Positions 50,517-63,051 of a stretch of 64,000 nucleotides of DNA are shown here, in pieces (the stretch's first letter is position 1; each line of letters opens with the position of its first letter). Under the pieces are notes generated by a model, which saw only the letters and a program-made list of their open reading frames with translations, ran no database searches and was not told the DNA's origin. This stretch comes from Somniosus microcephalus (taxonomy: Eukaryota): NCBI GenBank assembly GCA_052327205.1, contig CM126205.1, forward strand, positions 301,196,001 through 301,260,000, in the 5' to 3' direction. The position numbers were made by a program, and so were the translations under genes.

Positions 50517-53500
50517 CAGGTAAATGATACCCTTGGCATTGAAGCAGGTACATTAGAGTTGGACACAGATACAGATAGCAGGTCTATCGTAATTCCTAAA
50601 AATAGCCTCTTGGCAGCGCAGCCAATCACCTGTGCAAGTCCTTTAATTAGGAGAGCACACAGCAGCGGGCCATGTGCACAAGCAAGACATACATAGAGCA
50701 TAACAGACAAGTGCAACCACAAGACACATGAAGCAGATGCCTTGCCATCCCTTCACAATTTAATAAAATTCATTCACTTTCACTCTGTCTTGCAGTCTGT
50801 CATTCTTTTATCGTACAGAACAGAAGGCATCAGTTGTTTAAAAGCAAACAGAACAGAAGCACTTCTCTGCTAAAAAATGAAAATATCAGTTCACTGATTG
50901 TAATATGTCCAGTGGAAAGTAATAGTATTTGCTGTACAGTTGAAAGGCAACAGCTCAGGCTGCCTGGTGATAAAAGTAATACCTCACACTCCAAAGTGTC
51001 AAATATCAAAATTTTCTGGGAGGCCATAACCCCCAGATAATAAATCTTGTGTCGTCAGCACTCACATCCCCATTCAAAAATGTCTAAATTCACCTATGCT
51101 GTTATGGTTGCTTTTAAAGAAAATGAGAATGGTTATCAAGTTGTTAGCTGCCTTAATAAAAATGTATTGTTGTTATTATTTGTCTTTTGTTTCTCTCCTC
51201 TTCCCCCAGAGTGCGTACTGTGCCCCATTTTGGCCATAAGGTCCTAGGCCTCAGCCCATGGTGATACTTCAAAATCTTCCTGTTTCTTAAACTGAGTAAT
51301 GGCAGTTGGGAAAAGGAGAAGAATATTGATTTTTGAGTTGACTGTGTAGCTGCAGAATGGAGTACACATTCACCATTAATGACCCTAACAAGGCCTCAAC
51401 CAGCAAAAAACTTTTTAAGTTAACCCTTTTGGAAAGATGAGAGTGGTCAGGGCTGCACTAAAAATAGTCCATTCCTTCTTTTCTCCTCCATTCCACCACT
51501 GTTTAGTCACTTCTGCTCTTTTGCTTCAAATGGCGGAGGCAGGCACTTCGATCCTGAAGTTAATTTTCTCTCAAAAGTGTTTTTGGTTGGTAAAGGACTA
51601 GGCATGACTTTCATTTCCACTGTTTTGTGAAGCACATAAGGAGAAGGACTTAGATCTTGAAATAAATATGGCCTCTGAGCATTTCAGGAAGCGAAAGGAA
51701 TTGCTTTTGCTCCAGTTATAATGGGCTAGAGTGAGAGGAAAGGTCCTCCACCATGATACCTAGTAACAAAAGGTCAAGGAGCTTGACCTGCCTGTATCTG
51801 ACTCTTACAGGGGTCGGTGGGTGGGTTCATGGTACAGAAGCAGCACTCTCTGCCACTTGAGTAAGTGAGATATGCATAAGCACAAAAAGTCCAGGCTCAG
51901 CTGTGCACCACTGGTAGTCGTAATGAGGAAAAACACTGACACAAGATTCCAGAGATACAACAGTGTCCTGGACCTCACAATAACCCACATTAGTACAAGC
52001 AACAAGCAGGAGTCACTTTTGTTTGGAAATCCTGAGCAAATGCCATACTAAAGCTACATAGCACTTCTTATTTACAGGAATGTACTGATAACTGGTTAAC
52101 ATTACTGGTGTGTATCTATTAATCTAAGGAACTTGTGGTTGGCACTCGTGGTGCTAGTGCTAAATTGCGGGGTTGGGGAAGGCTGGGGGGGCATTGGGGA
52201 GGGGACAAGCCATTTGCAAGCCAAATGTTTCTGTGGCACTGACACCTGGTTGATAATGATTCCGATCATCTAATGCCAAGAAAATTGGTTCTATATTATA
52301 TAGTAGTGAAGAGTTGATGTGACTGCTTGCAGTTGAAGGTGGGACTCCAACAAACCTTTGGATGAGGGAATAAATATGCAAGAGCTAAAATGGTTCAAGT
52401 GATCTGCTTTGTGAAAAGATGCTGCTCAATAGTGCGTAATAGTCCTGAACTTCAACAGAGATAAGCAGGAAGTTAATTCTCAAGCTTCAAAGAAGGTAGG
52501 CAAATAGCAATACAGTAGCCTCTCACTGTAAGACTGTCTGATACATGACAACTTCTGCTATAACACACATTACTCATGCCTTCTCCAGTGATAGGGAACC
52601 TATATAAAACACCATCTGTACAATACCGCCCAGCTGTAGTGTGCTTTTATATGGCTCCCAAAGACAGCCTTATGAGGAGGGCCTCATACATTTGTATTTA
52701 TATAATCTATAAAAATGCTAAAGGAATACTGCTGTCTGGTTGGAGAATTTTTTTTTATAAAAAAGAGAAGAGCGGGTTCCACTCCTGGATTTTGCTGGGA
52801 AAAGCTTGCACTGAGCTCATCCATAAGGTTATTTTTGTTGATTTATTTTGGAAGGAAAGGGGGCAACAGTGTATAAGAAGCACGTAAAATTGGTCTTCCT
52901 GATATGCATGGCTCAGGACCACACAAGTTAGTACATTTACCCCACTGGGCTATCTGGGAGACCAAGCAGGTTTATTCTTATTAAATAGTCATCGAATGAC
53001 TAAAGTTCGGGTATAGTATTGAAATATTTATGGCTTCAAAGGTACGCTAACTTAGATCATACCTAGGTCTATCAATCAAATTTTACCTCTGTGCTTGTTG
53101 AATAATAAAACCAATAAAAGAAACACAAAATACATTAAACTGAGTGAATACGCAGTCAAGCATACAACAGGCAGATTGTTATGTGTTCTTTTTTGGAGTG
53201 TTTAATGTTGCATATATTGTATTAAAATTACATTAATGGTTATGTTAGAAATCCCAGGGGAACCAACAATTCCATTACAGTGTTTTTGTACTAGGGTTTG
53301 GAAAATCCTTGCCACCGTTGCATTATCTTTGTGGGATCAAGGGAAGGGGAGTTTACCTATGTTCTTACTGGATACCACCTGTATCTCACCAACCTTCCCC
53401 ATCTCTCTCGCTCCCCACCCACCCTGTCATGCACAAAAAAATTAACCCTGTTGGTGCAATCAAGGATGAAAATATGTCGACGATTTTGGTTTTGTATTTT

Positions 53501-53964
53501 GATCACGAGGCCATGCTAAAATGTACGGATAGCCTCCAGGCAGGAGTGGAGGCAAGACTCTAGGCCTGAACCTCATTGTATCAGTAACACACAAACGATC
53601 AATGTAAATTATTGATGGCAGCATTAGAATACTATTGTGCAGTGTATTGCGGACTTGAAGATGACGGCTCTTGTATTGAGTTGTATGCTCAAAGAGCTGT
53701 ACTCCAGAGCTAGGTACTGCCATGATCATAATTCATGAGTTATAAGAAAAGAAATTATTTAGAAACAAGCTGGAAGGTCATACTTGTAAAAGGGCATATA
53801 AAGCAAAATGTACTTAGGAAGCTCAGACTGTAGTGAGTTAGTTATATCAGATTTGGGTCTACGGTTTTTGATTTGTTCAGGACATGTCTCTTTACTAAAA
53901 GGAGAAGGTACTTACAGTAAATTCAATCTGTAAAGCATGATGCAGCACCGTGTTACAGTTACTA

Positions 53965-55025
53965 CACCGGCTCAGTTTGGTATATGCACTGCCCATTGTG
54001 GACCAGAGCAATACAGACCAGGAAGATCCCAGCGCCACCACTGAGCTATCTCAGAAGGTGGCAGTCAGGTCATTACAATTGGCCTCAGCACTCCTAAGCT
54101 AGAGAGGGGAAAATCAACCAGGGCTCTCGTTTCTGATTGTCGTNNNNNNNNNNNNNNNNNNNNNNNNNNNNNNNNNNNNNNNNNNNNNNNNNNNNNNNNN
54201 NNNNNNNNNNNNNNNNNNNNNNNNNNNNNNNNNNNNNNNNNNNNNNNNNNNNNNNNNNNNNNNNNNNNNNNNNNNNNNNNNNNNNNNNNNNNNNNNNNNN
54301 NNNNNNNNNNNNNNNNNNNNNNNNNNNNNNNNNNNNNNNNNNNNNNNNNNNNNNNNNNNNNNNNNNNNNNNNNNNNNNNNNNNNNNNNNNNNNNNNNNNN
54401 NNNNNNNNNNNNNNNNNNNNNNNNNNNNTATNNNNNNNNNNNNNNNNNNNNNNNNNNNNNNNNNNNNNNNNNNNNNNNNNNNNNNNNNNNNNNNNNNNNN
54501 NNNNNNNNNNNNNNNNNNNNNNNNNNNNNNNNNNNNNNNNNNNNNNNNNNNNNNNNNNNNNNNNNNNNNNNNNNNNNNNNNNNNNNNNNNNNNNNNNNNN
54601 NNNNNNNNNNNNNNNNNNNNNNNNNNNNNNNNNNNNNNNNNNNNNNNNNNNNNNNNNNNNNNNNNNNNNNNNNNNNNNNNNNNNNNNNNNNNNNNNNNNN
54701 NNNNNNNNNNNNNNNNNNNNNNNNNNNNNNNNNNNNNNNNNNNNNNNNNNNNNNNNNNNNNNNNNNNNNNNNNNNNNNNNNNNNNNNNNNNNNNNNNNNN
54801 NNNNNNNNNNNNNNNNNNNNNNNNNNNNNNNNNNNNNNNNNNNNNNNNNNNNNNNNNNNNNNNNCAACAGTGATGCCCCATGGTAAAATAGTCTATTGTG
54901 CTCGCTGCCTAGGCTCATACATTAAGGTTGGCTACTTAGACAGGATATCATAGAACAGCTAGTAACCATGGACCCATATCTTAGCATGAGTCAGTACTTA
55001 GCATGAGATAAAGAGAAGGAATAGG
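53965..55025 (+). mobile_element. LmeSINE1-like SINE split by an assembly gap (54144-54864)
   Basis: Head GGCTCAGTTTGGTA and core TACAATTGGCCTCAGCACTCC lie before the gap; GTGATGCCCCATGGT...CTAGGCTCATAC follows it. Confidence 0.65.
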
Positions 55026-57446
55026 GTGGAGAATTAAAAAAAAAGATAGGTTACTTTCATAGAAAAAAACATTCTTAAAAATGTGAAATTATAGAAATTT
55101 ATGGCAATCCAAAGAGTTAAGAAATATTGCTCATAAGTATATAACTGATTTTCCACAGTTTTTCAGGATGTACAATTAAACAGAGCCACTGTAAAGTACG
55201 CTGTAGCAGAAATTCTTTCATAATTAAACATTGGAGTAAGTAGTAGTAGTTAGTGTTAAACTCATTCTTTAGGTGAATCATTGCCATTTTAAAATGTACA
55301 CCAGTGAACTTTTCTAATGATAAGCAACATGTTATTTATTTCATTTTTAAAATGCTTTGTTTTATTTGACTGCGAATTGTTTTTCATAGACTTGGGGCAG
55401 TAATCATGGCATGTTCATTAATCGCAGCACTACAGCAGATTCTGGAAGAGACCTGCTGCTGGCCTTAAAATGTATCAAAAACTGAATGAGGCATCTCATT
55501 TATTTCGAACAATACATATTATTTAAATTGTGTAATAACAGATACTGGGACTCAAAGCAAGGCAGTAATCTCATCTCTGGGTTCAAATCATTTTATAAGC
55601 CACCCAAGTCTCACTCACATGTATCATGATGATATTAATATGAACTCATCAATTAGGTTGCTGCTTTGTAATCACTTCCAGGTACCTCTCATGCTGTATA
55701 CAATTTGCAAATATAAGAATGCGGACCATAAGCCTGATGTTTAAATGTCCATTGTTTGTAAAGCTATATATTTAAAAGGAAACACTCCTCACAGACTTGT
55801 TTCTTCACAAAATCATGTGTTTGCAAACAAGTGTCTCTTCATAGGCACATCTCATAGTACAGGCTTCCAGTGAAATGAATGGGGTGAAGTTTATGGCTTT
55901 TAAAACCCTCTGCACTTTAGTGCAGAAGACTGCACTAATGCAGGGTAAGAGGATGTTTTTCAATTCAGATTACCATAAGTATTTCCAAATGAATTTCTGC
56001 CCTTTTATTAGAAACGCAGAATGATCATGTGGAAAGCACTGGATTATTTGCTTGTTACATCTGATGAGTGGTCCATGCACATTATAAGTTTAATTGTTAA
56101 TTTGGCCTTTCTCCATCAAAGTCCTTACAGCATTAACCAGCTCCTGAGCATCAGCAAGTACACCAGTGATGGTGGCAACCACAACACAAGGACAGAAGCA
56201 CCAGTGGGGCCTCTTCAAATATACATAACATCTTAAATTACTTTGCTACTGCATTATTGACAGGTCAAAAGCCCTGAAGTTTGCTGTACCTGCAATGGCT
56301 GTGTAAAGTTTCAATTGGACATCCTTTGCCAAATGTTTCCGCAAACAATACTTTCAAGTGGCCGTTGAACAGCCTTAATGGGCCAATAAACTATTTACCT
56401 TTTGATAAGGTAAATCACCAATTGAGATAAAGCTGTGATAAGCCAAAGTAAATATGTGCACAGCTCACTGTTTTTCTGACTCTCTTTCTCACATGCGTAC
56501 ACCTATAGTGAGACAGATGTATGCTTAACACATATGACCTGAGACAGGCCTAAAGCCATAACTAGATAATTTCTCACTCACACACCGATTGCGGCAGCTT
56601 TCTGAGGTGAAAGAAACTGACAGCGCAAACTCTCCAGGGCAGAACTTTCCAGTCAAGTGGATCAACGTACTGAAAATCGCTTATGAATAGTCATTAGTCC
56701 TTCATTACAACCCCCTCACAACCCAGTTCTTTTTTTGCAACCAAAATGCCTTTTGTCATCTTCACAAGGTGCATCAGTTAATTGCCGATTGACTTTCTTT
56801 TAAACATATGACAACATGTCACAAAGCAAAAATAAAGAATGTTGCTTCAGGCATTCCGCTTAACTCCTTGATTGCCACATTCCTGCACGATAGCTGCAAT
56901 ATTTCAGAAGGAAAGCATCCTTTTCAAAGGTTGACATAAGCTACACTAAAAACAAATTCTCCATATTTAATCATATTTACACACTGTTATTTTATTGGCC
57001 TGGGTCAATCCTAGTCATTTTTAAAACCCTCCATTCGGTAGCAGTAGAACCATAGAAAATGGACACTTTTCATAAATCTATTAAATATGATTCTGTATTA
57101 ACAGGTTCCAAGTAACAACACAAGTGAGAAGTACAGCAGAGTATCTCCTTTTCTACATATAAGTGTACATAATTTATTCTCAGTTATTTTATTATTTTAT
57201 CTATATAATTTTTGCGCTGGTAAGGCTCAAAGTGATATTAAAGTATGAGGTGCTAAACTGACCTGCTGAACAGTTTAGAGAGTAACTTTCGGAGAGGTGA
57301 GAATGTGATTCAGTAATCTGCTGCTAAAGCCTGGACTGCATGTGCGGATTGCAAAATAATCCGCTCGATTTTCTATATTTAACTGTGAGGGATTCCGTGC
57401 AAATAGGGGAAATATATGACTTTTAAAAACTAGCCAATTAGCAAAC

Positions 57447-60400
57447 GGGAACGGTAGCGTAGTGGTTATGTTACTGGACTAGTGATCCAAAGGCCTGGAC
57501 TAATGATCCAGAGATATGAGTTCAAATCCCACCACGGCAGCTGGGGAATTTAAATTCAGTTAATTAAATTAAATAAATCTGGAATAAAAAGCTAGTATCA
57601 ATAATGGTAACCATGAAACTATCAGATTGTTGTAAGAAACCCAAACTGGTTCACTAATGTCCTTTAGAGAAGGAAATCTGCCATCCTTACCTGGTCTGGT
57701 CTATATGTGACTCCAGACTCAGCGATGTGGTTGACGCTTAACTGCCCTCTGACTAGCAAGCCACTCAGTTGTGAAAAATGGGACGGACCACCCGGCATCC
57801 ACCTCGGCACCGGCTACAGACACGACAGTGGCACACCCAGCCCAGTCATCCTTGCAAAGTCCTCCTCACCAACATCTGGGAACTTGTGCCAAAATTGAGT
57901 TGTCCCACAGACTATACTAGTCAAGCAAACAGCCTGACATAGTCATACTCACAGAATCATACCTTTCAGCCAAACTCCTCCATCACCATCCCTGGGTGTA
58001 TGTCCTGTCCAACTGGCAGGACAGACCCACCAGGGGTGGCGGCACAGTGGTATACAGTCGGGAAGGAGAGGCCCTGGGAGTCCTCAACATTGAATCCAAG
58101 CATGTGCAAGGAAACATCCTGCTGATTAGCACCTGCCGACCTTGCTCAGCTAATGAATCAGTACTCCTCCATGTTGAACACCACTTGGAAGAAGCACTGA
58201 GAGTACCAAGGGCACAGAATGTACTCTGCGTGGGGGACTTCAATGTTCACCACCAAGAATAGCTTGGTAGCACCACTGCCGGCCGAGTCCTGAAGGACAT
58301 AGCTGCCAATCTGGACCTGCGACAGGTGGTGAGAGAACCAACATGAGGGAAAAACCTACTTGACCTCGTCCTCACCAATCTACCTGTCGCAGATGCATCT
58401 GTCCATGACAGTATTGGTAGCAGTGACCACCGCACAGTCATTGTGGAGACGTCTTCACACTGAGGACACCCTCCATCGTGTTGTGTGGCACTACCACCAT
58501 GCTAAATGGGATAGGTTCAGAACTAGCAGCTCAAAACTGGGCATCCATGAGGCGCTGTGGGCCATCAGCAGCAGCAGAATTGTATTCCACCACAATCTGT
58601 AATCTCATGGTCCGGCATATCCCTCACTCTACCATTACCATGAAGCCAGGGAACCAACCCCGGTTCAATAAGGAGTGTAGAAGAGCATGCCAGGAGCAGC
58701 ACCAGGTGTACCTAAAAATGCAGTGCCAACCTGGGGAAGCTGCAACACAGGACTACATGCATGCTAAAAAGCGGAAGCAGCATGCTGTAGACAGGGCTAA
58801 GCGATCCGACAATCAACGGAGCAGATCAAAGCTCTGCAGTCCTGCCACATCCAGTCATGAATGGTGGTGGACCATTAAACAACTAACGGGAGGAGGCGGC
58901 TCCATGAATATACCCATCCTCAATGATGGTGGAGCCCAGCATGTGAGTGCAAAAGACAAAGCTGAAGCATCTTCAGCCAGAAGTGCTGAGTGGATGATCC
59001 ATATCGGTCTCCTCCTAAAGTCGCCACCACCACAGAAGCCAGTCTTCAGCCAATTCGATTCATTCCATGTGATATCAAGATATGGCTGAGCGCACTGGAT
59101 ACAGCAAAGACTGTGAGCCCCGACAACATCCCGGCTGGTGTGCTGAAGACTTGTGCTCCAGAACTAGCTGCGCTGTTCCAGTACAGCTATAACACTGGCA
59201 TCTATCCGACAATGTGGAAAACTGCCCAGGTATGTCTTGTCCACAAAAAGCAGGACAAATCCAATCCGGCCAATCAGCTAATTACTGCCCCATCAGTCTA
59301 CTCTCAATCATCAGCAAAGTGATGGAAGGTGTCATCGACAGTGCTATCAAGCAGCACTTACTCACCAATAACCTCCTCACTGATGTCCAGTTTGGGTTCC
59401 GCCAGGACCACTCGGCTCCAGAACTCATTACAACCTTGGTCCAAACATGGACAAAAGAGCTGAATTCCAAAGATGAGGTGAGAGTGACTGCCCTTGACAT
59501 CAAGGCAACATTTAACTGAGTGTGGCATCAAGGAGCCGTGGTAAAACTGAAGTCAATGGGAATCGGAGGGGGGAAACGCTCCATCGGCTGGAGTCATACC
59601 TAGCACAAAGAAAGATGGTTGTGGTAGTTGGAGATCAATCATCACAGGCCCAGGACATTGCTGCAGGAGTTCCTTAGGGCAGTGTCCTAGGCCCAACCAT
59701 CTTCAGCTGCATCATCAATGACCTTCCCTCCATCATACGGTCAGAAGTGGGGACATTCGCTGATGACTGCACAGTGTTCAGTGCCATTTGCAACTCCTCA
59801 GATAATGAAGCAGTCCATGCCCACATGCAACAAGACCTGAACAGCATTCAGGCTTGAGCTGATAAGTGGCAGGTAACATTCGCGCCACACAAGTGCCAGG
59901 CAATGACTATCTGCAACAAGCGTGCATCTAACCACCGTCACTTGACATTCAATAGTATTACCATCGCCGAATCCCCCACCATCAACATCCTGGGGATCAC
60001 CATTGACCAGAAACTTAACTGGACCAGCCACATAAATACTATGGCTGGGTATTCTGCGGCGAGTGTCTCACCTCCTGACTCCCCAAAGCCTTTCCACCAT
60101 CTACAAGGCACAAGTCAGGAGTGTGATGGAATACTCTCCACTTGCCTGGATGAGTGCAGCTCCAACAACACTCAAGAAGCTCGACACAACCAAGACAAAG
60201 TAGCCCGCTTGATTGGCACCCCATCCACCACCTTAAACATTCATTCCCATCACCATCGGCGTACCGTGGCTGCAGTGTGTACCATCTACAAGATGCACTG
60301 CAGCAACTCACCAAGGCTTCTTCGGCAGTACCTCCAAAACCCACGACCTCTACCACCTAGAAGGACAAGGGCAGCATGCACATGGGAACACCACCACCTC

Positions 60401-60638
60401 CAAGTTCCCCTCTAAGTCACACACCATCCTGACTTGGAAGTATATCGCCCTCCCTTAATCGTTGGTGGATCAAAATCCTGGAACTCCCTTCCTAACAGCA
60501 CTGTGGGAGTATCTTCGCCTCACGGACTGCAGCGGTTCAAGAAGGCAGCTCACCACCACCTTCTCAAGGGCAACTAGGCATGAGCAATAAATGCTGGCCT
60601 TGCCAGTGACACCCACGTCCCATGAATGAATAAAAAAA
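57447..60638 (+). mobile_element. Near full-length decayed non-LTR retrotransposon (CR1/Jockey-group APE-RT) with a tRNA-derived 5' head and no ORF1
   Basis: APE motifs KVLLTNIW, PDIVILTESY, RGGGTVVY, GDFNVHH, LDLVLTN and SDH. RT motifs YCPISLLSIISKVME, QFGFR, ALDIKATF, GVP*GSVLGP and FADD. Many frameshifts and stops. 3' end GAATGAATAAAAAAA. Confidence 0.92.
57455..57529 (+). promoter_or_regulatory. Type-2 RNA polymerase III internal promoter (A box and B box)
   Basis: A box TAGCGTAGTGG (57455-57465), starting 8 nt after the element start; B box GTTCAAATCC (57520-57529). Confidence 0.75.
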
Positions 60639-61534
60639 CAACTAGATGGAGTTGATTGAACTAGCCGTAAAAGTATCACAAATGCAAGTTCACTGTCACG
60701 CCAGGTTTAGGCTGCGATCTAAAACCTATGTCTTAGGAGTTGTTTGGTGAGGGGGCAGTTTCTTAAAGGAGGTGGGTTTGCTTGTGGATAGGATAAATCG
60801 GAAAGTATTTTTTACAGGAAATGGCATCACAACATCTTTTGAGAAGGTATATACTGGCCTGAGATATTTACTGCCATATTGTGGCGCTTTCATTTGCTGT
60901 GCCATGTGTGCAGCCTACTCACATCTGAATGGAAAAATGTTGCTTGGCGGAGGCATTTGGTCTTAGAGTAGAACGGCATTAGCATGGCTGGGCTAACAAA
61001 TATCGGTGCAATTTACTAAAGTTTATACTATCTGTACGAGGGAGCTATCTCCATTCTGAGCGCACAGACCCTCACCCATAGTACAGATTTTACTGGCCCA
61101 CACACTTGTCTAAAGCATCAATGATGTGCCAGCAGGTACCAGTGCGTACTGTGGGTAGGGAACAATCAGTCTGAAGCAGACTTGCTAATCTCTAACAATA
61201 ACAGATCTTCTGAAAGAAACAACAGTGAGCCACTGTTCTTCTGAATCCTGCTCCTCAAATAGCTCAGTCTCCCAACCTCCTGCCTATTCTCCTCCCNNNN
61301 NNNNNNNNNNNNNNNNNNNNNNNNNNNNNNNNNNNNNNNNNNNNNNNNNNNNNNNNNNNNNNNNNNNNNNNNNNNNNNNNNNNNNNNNNNNNNNNNNNNN
61401 NNNNNNNNNNNNNNNNNNNNNNNNNNNNNNNNNNNNNNNNNNNNNNNNNNCAAACTTTCATTTACCTAAACTGATTTGAAATCCGATCTGAAATGCACTG
61501 CAGACACAGACCTTTTGACAAGCTTGACAATTTC

Positions 61535-61760
61535 CCCCCTTTACCCAACTAATTTTCTCCCCTGAAACCAACAATCCTCAGCCACCCTGCTCAAGTTCCC
61601 ATTCTTCATGTGCGCGCCCAGTCAGTGAGCGTCACAGGCTAGTTAGTCAGAGGCGGCATCACAGCTGAGTCAATACTGTTCTAAGCCGATAGTCACACTC
61701 ATGCTCGCTGGTTAGTGCGGGAGCCATGGCTGATTTTACCCTCCATAACCCAGGAACATT
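61535..61760 (-). mobile_element. LmeSINE1-like fragment
   Basis: CCATTCTTCATGTG...CAGTGAG...GGCATCACAGC...TGGCTGATTTTACCCTCC. Confidence 0.55.
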
Positions 61761-61877
61761 GGCTCAATGGCGATGTCCCTGCTGACACCTTGGCCCAGAA
61801 TTTCACTCTGGCGTAGACGAGGGGCCAAAACCTGCGAGGTTCCCGAAAAGGCAAAAGACTGCATATTCTGGAAGTAT

Positions 61878-62018
61878 GAAACAAAAACTAAAACTGCTGG
61901 AAAACACTCAGCAGGTCAGGCGGCATCCGTGGAGAGAGGAAGGTTGGGTTAACGTTTCAGATCGATGGCCTTTTGTCGGAACCTCCTTAACGTTTCAGGT
62001 CGATGACCCTTCGTGAGA
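61878..62018. mobile_element. Penelope-like element terminal repeat remnant
   Basis: AAAACTGCTGGAAAACACTCAGCAGGTCAGGCGGCATCCGTGGAGAGAG followed by a duplicated TTAACGTTTCAG(A/G)TCGATG(G/A)CC motif, which has hammerhead-like architecture on the minus strand. Confidence 0.7.
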
Positions 62019-62990
62019 TTCCCAGTTTGTATGGCCCAGTAACCACCACAATCATTGAATTTACCCGCAGAGCTTGCCTGAGGTGTTTTTAAAGTGATGT
62101 TTTGCTTTGGAATTTCTCTTTAAACCCTTGATGACTGAAATTCACAGTTTACAAATGTACTTTCCTTCTATAGAAAAAAAATCTTTCTTTTAATATTGCA
62201 GAATATTACACAGTACAATTAAATGAAAAGTAAAGAAGGGCAAAAGACTCCCGGAGTTACAGCGCTCTGTAGAGAGATGGCGAGAATACAAATGTGTGTT
62301 CCTTTCTTGTCGTCTTTTGCTGATTAAATTCTACAGTAGAAGTGGTGGCGTTAAAGTCTGGCTTGGGTGGGCCAGCAGAAAAAGGCACTTCTCCTTAACA
62401 CCAAAAGCATCTAGAAAAGTAATAATTGCGGCGTAATTCGCCAGATTATTTCACTGAAAAATTCTTCTTTTACTTTCAGCTTAGCTTTTGACTGCTCGCA
62501 TCAGCAGCCATTATCCTAGAAGTCGGGAATCTCAGCAATGCACGGAACAATTATTCTACAACAGAGCTGTGACAAGGACTGGGGTGCTGAAGGTGGGCGG
62601 CACGGCATAATGGAACCACTGTTGCAGTATACACACTTATTGTGGAGCCTGAGCTTGCCAAAGTGTAAATGCCTGCTTTTCTTCCAAGCACAGAAGCTAA
62701 ATTATACAATCGCGAAATTCAGTAAGAAGGTCAGTCTGACGGGGTGATTGGTAGCGACAGAAGCTGGCAGCATCACAGTGCTGAACACTGAGGTTACTCT
62801 GTGGCATTTACTGCAGGTGTACCATCATCTGCTCAATACCAATCGTTAATGAATCCAGCGAAAGAATGGACAGTTTCCTGTCTCTTTTTAAAGTTACAGA
62901 GGAGAGCGTGTTTTTTTTTGTTAAAGATGCTTATTTTTTTCCTGATGCACTTTACAACAGAATTTCAGCTTCAGCAACATGAGCACAAAG

Positions 62991-63051
62991 GCTAGGCTGA
63001 CACTCCCAGTGCGGTGCTGAGGGAGTGCTGCACTGTCGGAGGTGCCGTCTT
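62991..63051 (+). mobile_element. DeuSINE core (Deu-domain) fragment
   Basis: CTAGGCTGACACTCCCAGTGCGGTGCTGAGGGAGTGCTGCACTGTCGGAGGTGCCGTCTTT. Confidence 0.75.

Noticed and set aside
54094-54918. Long ORFs of 249-274 aa
   Set aside because: Artefacts of the N-run assembly gap; the same applies to ORFs at about 30727-31143 and 61166-61479.
57421-57446. Target-site duplication for the tRNA-headed LINE
   Set aside because: Only a short AAAC match that cannot be separated from the A tail; not supportable.
57447-57540. Possible genuine tRNA gene
   Set aside because: A and B boxes are present, but I could not build a cloverleaf, there is an internal duplication, no downstream oligo-T terminator, and it runs into a retroposon body.
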